A stretch of DNA of 24,000 nt from Brevundimonas sp. (GTDB lineage: Bacteria > Pseudomonadota > Alphaproteobacteria > Caulobacterales > Caulobacteraceae), in the NCBI RefSeq assembly GCF_041648115.1, contig NZ_JBAZPR010000006.1, forward strand, positions 1 to 24,000. Reading direction: 5' to 3'. Shown here piece after piece: positions 14,216 through 22,862 of this stretch. A model generated the notes under the pieces. It made no database searches. It saw only the letters and a list, made by a program, of their open reading frames with translations, and was not told the DNA's origin. The first letter of the stretch is position 1; every line of letters begins with the position of its first letter. A program made the translations under genes and the position numbers.

Positions 14216-15907
14216 TTGAAATCCGACGCCCACACCAGATTACAGGAAGACCGACGCCCCCACGAGCAAAGTGGCGCGCCGCTGGTCGCCCTGTGGCACG
14301 CCATATGGGCCGTGGCGATCAGCCTGACGGCCTTGGCGGCCCAGATGCTGGACGGGTTGAAGGACGCGCCGCTGGCGGCCCTGCTGATCATGGCCTTCCC
14401 CGGCATCTTCGGCGTGGTGCTGATGGTGCGCGACACTGCGGGCCTGCGGTTCGCGACCATGGCCGGCTGGCTGCTGGCCGCCACCGCCTGCGCCGGGCTG
14501 ACGGGCGGGGCGACTGGCGCCCTGCCGGGCTTGATCGTGATGCCTCTGGCCGCCGGGATCGCCCTCGATCATGGCCGCACCGGCGAAGACCGGCTGACGC
14601 GGCTGGGCGCCTTCGCCGTCGGCCTGCCGCTGCTGGCGGGCCTGATCTCGACCTGGCTGAACGGACCGGAAGCGCAGGCGCCGCTGCTGGCCGCCGTCTC
14701 GGGCTTGCTGGCCATGGGCGCGATCATCGCCGCCATGCGCCTGACCTGGAGCGAGCGCCAGCGTCGCCTCTCCGACGCCGAGGACGAGGCCGCCCGCGTC
14801 GCCGCCCTGCTGGAAGACCAGCCGGCCCTGACCCTGTTGCTCGATCCGTCGGGTCGGGCCGTGGCGACCTGGGGCAATCCGCCGCCCGCCCTGTCAGTGC
14901 TGGCGCTCAGCGAGCAGGGGCTGATCTCGGCCGTCCATGCGCCGGACCGCCCCGCCGTGTCCGCTGCGCTTGCCCGCGCCCTGGCGGGCCAGCAGGTCGA
15001 GGTCCAGTTCACCCCGCGCATCGCCCTCGATAGACGCGTGGTCATGATCCTGGGGCCGTTCCACAACGACGGCGACCGCCCCCGCCTGATCGCCCAGGCC
15101 TTCGACGGCACGGCCCAGTTCGCCCGCGAGCTGGGCCTGGAGACCGCCCGCGTCGAGGCCGAAGCCCAGTCCGCCGGCAAGACCCGCTTCCTGGCCAATA
15201 TGAGCCACGAGCTGCGCACCCCCCTGAACGCCGTCATCGGCTTCGCCGACATCATGCGCCAGAAGCTATTCGGCCCCCTGCCCGAACGCTACTCCGGATA
15301 TGCCGACGCCATTCACCAGGCGGGCGGCCACCTGCTAGACCTGATCAACGACGTGCTGGACCTGTCCAAGATCGAGGCCGAACGCTACCAGCTGGCGATG
15401 GAGACGTTCGACGCCCGCGACGCCGTGTCCGCCGCCGTCGCCCTGGTCCGGCTCCAGGCCGATGACAAGGATGTGGATCTCGCCGCCGTCCTGCCGTCCG
15501 AGCCGGTGAATGTCCGCGCCGACGCCCGCGCCCTGAAGCAGATGGCGCTGAACCTGCTGTCCAATGCGGTCAAGTTCACCCCGGCCGGCGGCTCGGTGAC
15601 CATCACCCTGGATGCGGACGGCCCGGACCTGGATTTGGCCGTGTCCGACACCGGCGTCGGCATCGCCCCGCAAGACCTCAAACGCCTGGGCCGCCCCTTC
15701 GAACAGGCCGGCGGCGCCGACCAGAAGGCCCAAGGCACGGGCCTGGGCTTGTCCCTGGTCCGCTCCCTGACCGAACTGCACGGCGGCCGCATGACCATCG
15801 ACAGCACCCTGGGCGAAGGCGCGGCGGTGATGATCCGGTTGCCGGTGATGGTGGTGGATGCGAGCGAGGCTGTTGTCGAAGAGATGCCGGTCACGGTCGG
15901 GGCCTGA
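14216..15907 (+). CDS. Sensor histidine kinase of the PleC/DivJ (PdhS) family with a multi-TM N-terminus (DivJ-like)
   Basis: About 5-6 N-terminal TM helices, then a PAS-like segment, then FLANMSHELRTPLNAVIGFADIM...GPLPERYSGYADAIHQAGGHLLDLINDVLDLSKIEAERYQL, N-box NLLSNAVKFT, and G-boxes DTGVGI and GTGLGLSLV. The TTG start at 14216 is uncertain. Confidence 0.85.
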   Translation: MKSDAHTRLQEDRRPHEQSGAPLVALWHAIWAVAISLTALAAQMLDGLKDAPLAALLIMAFPGIFGVVLMVRDTAGLRFATMAGWLLAATACAGLTGGATGALPGLIVMPLAAGIALDHGRTGEDRLTRLGAFAVGLPLLAGLISTWLNGPEAQAPLLAAVSGLLAMGAIIAAMRLTWSERQRRLSDAEDEAARVAALLEDQPALTLLLDPSGRAVATWGNPPPALSVLALSEQGLISAVHAPDRPAVSAALARALAGQQVEVQFTPRIALDRRVVMILGPFHNDGDRPRLIAQAFDGTAQFARELGLETARVEAEAQSAGKTRFLANMSHELRTPLNAVIGFADIMRQKLFGPLPERYSGYADAIHQAGGHLLDLINDVLDLSKIEAERYQLAMETFDARDAVSAAVALVRLQADDKDVDLAAVLPSEPVNVRADARALKQMALNLLSNAVKFTPAGGSVTITLDADGPDLDLAVSDTGVGIAPQDLKRLGRPFEQAGGADQKAQGTGLGLSLVRSLTELHGGRMTIDSTLGEGAAVMIRLPVMVVDASEAVVEEMPVTVGA

Positions 15908-15956
15908 TGAGATTGGTCGGCTGGCCCGCTAGTAGGGAAGCCGTCGTTGACCCCGT

Positions 15957-15977
15957 CCATGATCTATCAGATCATGG
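15957..15977. promoter_or_regulatory. Perfect 8-bp inverted repeat abutting the lipoprotein start codon
   Basis: CCATGATC-TATCA-GATCATGG ends 3 nt before ATG 15981. No obvious SD lies between them. Confidence 0.3.
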
Positions 15978-15980
15978 AAC

Positions 15981-16502
15981 ATGGTTCGACTTTCGCCCCT
16001 GCTCGCGTTGCTGTGCATCGGTTGTGTGGCCGATCAGCCCGAAAGCTTGCAGACGGTGGCCGCCTTCGAAGTTCCGCTACCGACAGCAGCCGACAAGTCC
16101 GACTTTCTGGCGTTGATGCGCAAGGAAGCCGAAGCGCGGGGCTATCATCTCGATGCTGCATCCGACGACCAATTGAGAGCCTTGTCGCGCGTGTCACCGC
16201 TGACTCTTAACGCCTCGATCTGGCGCGGAAACGATGAAGAAATCATGGTCTCTGCAATGGACGGAGCTGACCATCTCGGGCGCGTTTGGATTACCTTTTC
16301 AAAGGGCGAGAATCCTCAAAGGTCAGCAGAGTTACAAAGCGCATTGATCCCGAAGATACGACAGCGCTGGCCCGATACGGCTTCGCTACCGATCATGCCT
16401 AGCGGAGCCATTCCGCTGGCCAGAGATCTCGTCCGAACGCCGATCGGATACGAAGTGAAGGCTTCGGAAGCGTCAAAATATCAGGCTGAACGGCAGCGGT
16501 GA
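15981..16502 (+). CDS. Putative lipoprotein, unknown function (173 aa), lower-GC gene
   Basis: MVRLSPLLALLCIGC has a lipobox-like IGC. Composition is non-shadow, and the gene is visibly AT-richer than its flanks. Confidence 0.65.
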   Translation: MVRLSPLLALLCIGCVADQPESLQTVAAFEVPLPTAADKSDFLALMRKEAEARGYHLDAASDDQLRALSRVSPLTLNASIWRGNDEEIMVSAMDGADHLGRVWITFSKGENPQRSAELQSALIPKIRQRWPDTASLPIMPSGAIPLARDLVRTPIGYEVKASEASKYQAERQR

Positions 16503-16533
16503 TCGGACCGCGACGGGAGAAAACCGACCGTTC

Positions 16534-16611
16534 TAAACCTACCCCATCGCCAGAAAGCCCAACCCGCCGCGAAGTCGTCGGCCTCGAAGATGGATCGGGC
16601 GATGCTGGCGA
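16534..16611 (-). pseudogene. Decayed duplicate of the last ~26 codons of the 17333..18193 gene
   Basis: Aligns to 17334-17411 with 68 of 78 positions identical and one 1-nt gap. It translates as ASIARSIFEADDFAAGWAF, then a frameshift and a CAG->TAG change, compared with the intact GSIARSTFEAGDFAAGRAFLAMGQV*. Confidence 0.75.
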
Positions 16612-16633
16612 TCCCCTTTCATATCGTCTGCAC

Positions 16634-16663
16634 TTGACATAATTCGACAATTAGCTAATTGTC
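16634..16663 (+). promoter_or_regulatory. Promoter (-35 TTGACA) plus perfect 18-bp palindromic operator for the SdpR-like repressor
   Basis: TTGACA at 16634-16639. GACAATTAG|CTAATTGTC at 16646-16663 is a perfect palindrome overlapping the -10 position (TAATTG/AATTGT). The ATG at 16669 has no SD and sits about where transcription would start, suggesting a leaderless mRNA. Confidence 0.6.
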
Positions 16664-16668
16664 TTATC

Positions 16669-16965
16669 ATGAGTCAGGTTTTCAAGGCGCTCTCCGATCC
16701 GACCCGGCGACGGGTCCTTCAGCTTCTGCGCAAGGGGCCGATGAGCGCGGGAGAGTTGAGCGATGAGTTCGACGTGTCCAAGCCGACCATGTCGGCCCAC
16801 TTCGCCGTGCTGAAGGAGGCCGATCTTGTGCATGCCGAGAAGGCCGGGAAGTCGGTCATCTACCACCTGAAACTCTCGGTCCTCGAAGAGGCGCTGATGG
16901 GTTTCGTCCATTCGTTCGAACGGGGCGCCGAGGCGCCCCATCCCAAGGAGGGAATTTCGCGATGA
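16669..16965 (+). CDS. ArsR-type transcriptional autorepressor, SdpR family
   Basis: VFKALSDPTRRRVLQLLRKGPMSAGELSDEFDVSKPTMSAHFAVLKEADLVHAEKAGKSVIYHL closely follows the SdpR-family pattern FKALSDPTRR.IL.LL..g..taGEi...f..SKPsiShHl..LK.AgLv...K.Gq...Y.L. Confidence 0.88.
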   Translation: MSQVFKALSDPTRRRVLQLLRKGPMSAGELSDEFDVSKPTMSAHFAVLKEADLVHAEKAGKSVIYHLKLSVLEEALMGFVHSFERGAEAPHPKEGISR

Positions 16966-17336
16966 GAAAAGAACTGATCGAAAGCGTGGCCTGGGCCGGG
17001 GGCATCATCGCCCTGTCGCTGGCCGCCACCTTCGCCCTGAAACAGGGATACATCGACGGCGACGCCGCCAGCCGCATCACCCTGTGCGCCACCGGCCTGA
17101 TGGTCGCCTGGTATGGCAATCGGCTGCCAAAGACCCTGGCGCCGAGCGCCTATATCCAGCGCGTGAACCGGGTCGCGGGCTGGTCCATGGCGTTGAGCGG
17201 GCTGATCTATGCAGGCCTGTGGGCCTTGGCGCCCTTCTCGGTCGCCCTGGTCGGCGGATGCGGCGCGATCGTGATCGGCATCGCCGTCACGGTCGGTTAC
17301 TGCATGTCGTTGAGGACCAGGGCGAAAGCCTCTTAA
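16962..17336 (+). CDS. Small 4-TM membrane protein, SdpI-like (immunity/signalling partner of SdpR)
   Basis: ATGA overlap with the sdpR-like stop. It has four hydrophobic helices. YGNRLPK ... RVAGWSMALSGL resembles the GN.lPK / R.aGw core of SdpI-family proteins, but the GIRTPWT segment is absent. The assignment rests on gene context plus partial motifs. Confidence 0.7.
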   Translation: MRKELIESVAWAGGIIALSLAATFALKQGYIDGDAASRITLCATGLMVAWYGNRLPKTLAPSAYIQRVNRVAGWSMALSGLIYAGLWALAPFSVALVGGCGAIVIGIAVTVGYCMSLRTRAKAS

Positions 17337-18193
17337 ACCTGCCCCATCGCCAGGAACGCCCGGCCCGCCGCGAAGTCGCCGGCCTCGAAGGTGGAGCGGG
17401 CAATGCTGCCGTCGCGGAACAGGAATTCGACGGTGAAGACCTCGCGCGGGTCCAGCGCCGCCAGCGTATCGGCGGCGGCGGCGGGGAACAGCCAGGCCTG
17501 ACCGGCCGGGCGGCCTTCGGCCAGCAGCATCGTATCGGCGCTGGTCACGCCGGCGGCCCAGAAGGCGCGGCGTTGCGAGACCGGCGGCAGTTCGTGCGCC
17601 AGCCATGGACGCGGCGCCACCGTATGGTCGCGCATCACCACCCGCACCCCGGTCGGACGCGACCGCCCCTGCCAGGACACGACGGCCGCCAGCTGGTCGG
17701 GCCGATCCATGCCGCCCACCACCCCGAACCGCACCGGCGAGGCGCCGGTCACGGTCGCCTGCATCAACCGCCAGGTCGGGCGGGCGTAGGCGGCGCGGTC
17801 CGCGCTCCAGCCCCTGCGCTCGCCGGGAAACTCCATCCGCGCCGTGCGCGACCAGCCGGAAAAGGCGGTCTGGACCCGGCCGCTGACCGTCTTCAGATCG
17901 GCCGAACCGCACGGCGTCGTGCCCGCCCGCGCCCGCGCCCGCTGCGCCGTCTCGGCCAGCTGCCGGTCGTTGGCCCCCGCGCGCAGGGCCGCGCCGCGCG
18001 CCTGATACGCCGCAGCGGTCAGGGCGGCGGTCAGTTGCGGCTCGAACAGGCCGCAGCGGTCGTTGGCGGCCAGCACGAAGCTGCGCTCATAGAAGCGGTC
18101 CTGCGGCGCGGCGAGCGCGACGACGGGGGTCGCGGCGATCAGCACGGCCGAGATCAGAGCTTGGGTCCGTCGGGGGGAAAGGCCTATCCTCAT
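17333..18193 (-). CDS. Secreted hypothetical protein (286 aa)
   Basis: Signal peptide MRIGLSPRRTQALISAVLIAATPVVALAAP and non-shadow composition. Its 3' end is the source or target of the 78-bp duplicate at 16534-16611. Confidence 0.75.
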   Translation of the reverse strand: MRIGLSPRRTQALISAVLIAATPVVALAAPQDRFYERSFVLAANDRCGLFEPQLTAALTAAAYQARGAALRAGANDRQLAETAQRARARAGTTPCGSADLKTVSGRVQTAFSGWSRTARMEFPGERRGWSADRAAYARPTWRLMQATVTGASPVRFGVVGGMDRPDQLAAVVSWQGRSRPTGVRVVMRDHTVAPRPWLAHELPPVSQRRAFWAAGVTSADTMLLAEGRPAGQAWLFPAAAADTLAALDPREVFTVEFLFRDGSIARSTFEAGDFAAGRAFLAMGQV

Positions 18194-18248
18194 GCCTCGA
18201 CCCTAGCGGCTCAGCGTTGGGGTTCCGTGTTCGAGCAGGGTTAGCGAA

Positions 18249-18578
18249 TTGCTTCTTTCCAGCGACCTGTGGGTCAGCGCCCTGATCCGCCGCGCCCAGA
18301 TCGAGGGCGCCTACGCCACCGTGGTCAAGAAGGGCGACGCCCGCGCCGGCTCGGTCATCGTCAAGGCCTACGACACCTCGACCCGAACCGCGCGCCTCTA
18401 CACCGAGGCCTTCGGAACCGACGGCGACCGCCTGTGGATCCAGCCGGTGACCAGCGACAACGAAAGCGAGCTGGACGCCTATATCGCCCGCCAGCGGGGG
18501 TATGACCCGGATCTGTGGGTGGTCGAGATCGAGGACCGGCAGGGGCGGCACTTCATCACAGAGAAGGTGCAGGGGTAG
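18249..18578 (+). CDS. DUF1491-family protein (109 aa)
   Basis: TTG start. LSSDLWVSALIRRAQIEGAYATVVKKGDARAGSVIVKAYD matches my recollection of the alphaproteobacterial DUF1491 pattern (l.sd.WV.AliRR....Ga.a.v.rkGd..AGai.i). Confidence 0.8.
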   Translation: MLLSSDLWVSALIRRAQIEGAYATVVKKGDARAGSVIVKAYDTSTRTARLYTEAFGTDGDRLWIQPVTSDNESELDAYIARQRGYDPDLWVVEIEDRQGRHFITEKVQG

Positions 18579-18695
18579 GCGAAGAAAGTCTGCGGGTTTG
18601 AGCGAGGCGGACCGTTCGAATCCCCGTAAAGGAGAAACTGCCACACCCAATACGTGAAACAGATTTGTTGTGTTCCACTTATGTTCCTGATAAGT

Positions 18696-18710
18696 TTAAG
18701 GCTCGTTAAC
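18696..18710. promoter_or_regulatory. CtrA-box-like TTAA-N6-TTAAC upstream of the methyltransferase gene
   Basis: TTAAGGCTCGTTAAC lies about 40 nt upstream of ATG 18752. It has the same one-nt-short spacing as the element upstream of ctrA (10653-10667). Confidence 0.25.
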
Positions 18711-18751
18711 CTTCGCATGACGTTATTTGCGAGACACAATTGGGGCGCAGC

Positions 18752-19951
18752 ATGACCGACTTTGTCTCAGTTTTTTCGGGCGCAGGTGGCCTCGACATCG
18801 GCCTTCAACGTGCCGGATGGAACTGCCTTTACGCGACCGATTTCGACAAGAACGCGATCGAAACGCTTAAGCTCAATGCCGCTGCGGGGCGGCATCACAG
18901 CCGCTGCGCCATCAAACAGGCCGACATTCGCGATCTGACTGGCGAAGAGATGCTGTCTGAAATGGGCAAGCGTCGTGGAGATATCGCCCTGCTGGCCGGT
19001 GGTCCTCCCTGCCAGTCTTGGAGTAGCGCTGGCCATCAACTCGGCTTCAACGACCCTCGGGGACGGCTGTTCGAGGACTACCTCCGCGTTGCGAAGGAAC
19101 TCGAAGTCCGCTGGCTCCTATTTGAAAACGTGCGAGGACTGATCACTGCACGTGGTTCGGATGGCGTTCCAGGCAGCGCACTCGCCGCCATCCGCCAAGC
19201 CCTGTTCAGCGCTGGTTGGCAGACGCGGGTCGAACTATTCAACGCTGCGGATTACGGGGCGCCCCAACGGCGAGTGCGCGTGGTTCTGATCGGCTACCGC
19301 TTTGGTGATGAGCCGCCCATACCAACGCCATCGCATAGCGACGGAGCCCACTCAGGCCACACGTCCTGGTTGTCGATGGCCGAGGCCTTGGCGGCCGTAC
19401 CGCCGCTTGAAATCGACGAGATCATTCGGCCTTCTGGGAAGCTGGCGGTGGAACTCGAACAAATTCCTGCTGGTTCGGGTGTCAAAAGTCCGGGCAAGCG
19501 CGAAACGACCCGCCCAGGGGGGCATTGGGGTTACAAGCAAGGTGCCTTCGTTGCAGATTTGAAGCGCCCAGCGAGAACGGTCACGGCTAATGCCCAGCAA
19601 GATTGGATTCGCGATCCGATCCATGGTTTGCGGCGGCTTTCGCCTCGTGAATGCGCTGCACTGCAGACCTTCCCTGCGGACTGGATTTTCGCTGGCAAGC
19701 GCGTCGATCAGTATCGGCAGATCGGAAACGCGGTGCCTCCACTGTTGGCAGAAAAGATTGGCGCGGAGCTACGTCGCCATGTGACCGGCCAAGTCTTGAC
19801 CCCGAATGCTACGCCTGCCGTTGTGTCTCCCCTGCCTGAAAAGCTTCAGGCTGCAATCGACTACACAGTTCGCGAGCATCGCCGTAATGGTGCATCGCGA
19901 ATGGCGGCGCCATCGCTGAGAAAGATCGATAGGGAACGACTTGCAGGCTGA
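18752..19951 (+). CDS. DNA (cytosine-5)-methyltransferase
   Basis: Motif I FSGAGGLDIGL, motif IV GGPPCQSWS, motif VI FENVRGL, motif VIII QRRVRV, motif IX RRLSPRECAALQTFP and motif X QIGNAVPP are in canonical order, with a variable region of about 110 aa between VIII and IX. ATG 18752 is preferred over TTG 18740. Confidence 0.95.
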   Translation: MTDFVSVFSGAGGLDIGLQRAGWNCLYATDFDKNAIETLKLNAAAGRHHSRCAIKQADIRDLTGEEMLSEMGKRRGDIALLAGGPPCQSWSSAGHQLGFNDPRGRLFEDYLRVAKELEVRWLLFENVRGLITARGSDGVPGSALAAIRQALFSAGWQTRVELFNAADYGAPQRRVRVVLIGYRFGDEPPIPTPSHSDGAHSGHTSWLSMAEALAAVPPLEIDEIIRPSGKLAVELEQIPAGSGVKSPGKRETTRPGGHWGYKQGAFVADLKRPARTVTANAQQDWIRDPIHGLRRLSPRECAALQTFPADWIFAGKRVDQYRQIGNAVPPLLAEKIGAELRRHVTGQVLTPNATPAVVSPLPEKLQAAIDYTVREHRRNGASRMAAPSLRKIDRERLAG

Positions 19952-20857
19952 TCTTGAGGCGGACTATCAGCGCGAACAATGCATGATCGCCGCAAGGCTA
20001 TATGCAGAGTCGATGTCACCTCCGGCCATGGCTGCGGCATGGTTTCAAGCCAGCTCGGCCGCCTCGACGATAGTTCAAAACACGCTCAATGAGTCTAGTG
20101 CCTTGGTTGACATCGCCAAGGCTCTTGAAATTAGAGGCGGACATACGCTGGTTCTGCGCCAGATGCTGGCGCCTCCACTCAGCCAAGATCAGTTCGCTAT
20201 CGTATGTCGGAGCTACAACAAGGCGCATGAGAACAAGGATCGGCCCATTCCCGTGGAAAAGGCGGCTTTGGTGGCAGAGGCCTTTCTCTCGTTGAGAGAT
20301 ATAAGACTGCTTCCTTGGCTATCTCAAAACCGTGCGCCTACTGCAGAAGAGATCGAGCGTGTCGTTACCGCAGTAACGCCACTACTTGCGTCCCAGATTC
20401 ATCTAACTGCAAAACGCACATCCAGCTCAAGTGTGCAGGAAGAAGCAGTTGTTGCCCTGCTCACGTCTAAAAATTGGAAACGTTTGCCAAGTCGGCTGGT
20501 GGATCGCAGAGCTTCGCTTGGTGCGCGCGAATTCATGAAGAAGACGAGATTTGCCACGAACACGCGGCCTCAAGAAGTAGACATCGCCTGTGGACTCGGT
20601 GGCACCGTTGTTCTGGCTATGGAATGCAAAGTCTCGAACGATACGACGAACTCCGTCAAACGCATCAATGACGTGCTCAAGAAAGCAACGGCTTGGCGCC
20701 AGCATTGGGGCGAAGGCTTCGTGAAGCCCGCTGCCCTTCTGCAAGGCGTTATAGGATACAAGGATGTCGAACGGCTCCTTGACGCAGACATCGCGGTATT
20801 TTGGTCGCACGATCTTCCAAGATTTGAGCGCTGGATCGAGAAAAGCTCCGTTACGCG

Positions 20858-20861
<4 letters not shown>
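19941..20861 (+). CDS. Putative type II restriction endonuclease (PD-(D/E)xK core in the C-terminal third); family not identified
   Basis: The ORF is immediately downstream of, or overlapping, the MTase gene. QEEAVVAL...EVD214[14 protein letters not shown]228CK230VSND has D-x13-E-x-K spacing with a hydrophobic strand context. The start is TTG 19941 (11-nt overlap with the MTase stop) or ATG 19983. Confidence 0.7.
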
Positions 20862-22666
<1,805 letters not shown>

Positions 22667-22862
22667 CCGCGCGCCCCTATCACGCGTAGAGGGCGGGGGC
22701 CAGCCGCACGGCCGATCCAGCCCGCGCCTTACGTCACATTAAGCCTTCGCAATAAAGCCTTTCGGCGTTTGAGAAGGTGTCGCGGACGCGGTATGCAGCA
22801 GGCCTTCTTCCCCACCGGCGCGAGCCGGCGATCCGCTTCGCCTGCAACCGAGGATTTCCCCC

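Noticed and set aside
16399-16650. 83-aa minus-strand ORF overlapping the end of the lipoprotein gene and the 78-bp gene-tail remnant
   Set aside because: It is in a different frame from the remnant homology, has no SD, and spans a pseudogene fragment plus promoter DNA.
16860-18244. ORFs 16860..17912 (-, 350 aa) and 17084..18244 (+, 386 aa)
   Set aside because: They are Arg/Gly/Pro-rich shadows. The 17333..18193 minus frame has a proper signal peptide and is the frame preserved in the 78-bp duplicate.
18614-18623. tRNA T-loop-like GTTCGAATCC at the left edge of the R-M island (possible tRNA/tmRNA att remnant)
   Set aside because: The flanking 5-mers (GACCG / CCCCG) cannot form a T-stem. No acceptor, D or anticodon arms are nearby, and no matching repeat exists at the other island end.
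18579-18640. Possible decayed copy of the lepA 3' end at the left edge of the R-M island, by analogy with the SdpR/SdpI cassette
   Set aside because: Apart from a shared CTGCGGG heptamer, the by-eye alignment gives only about 50% identity with gaps. That is indistinguishable from chance in GC-rich DNA.
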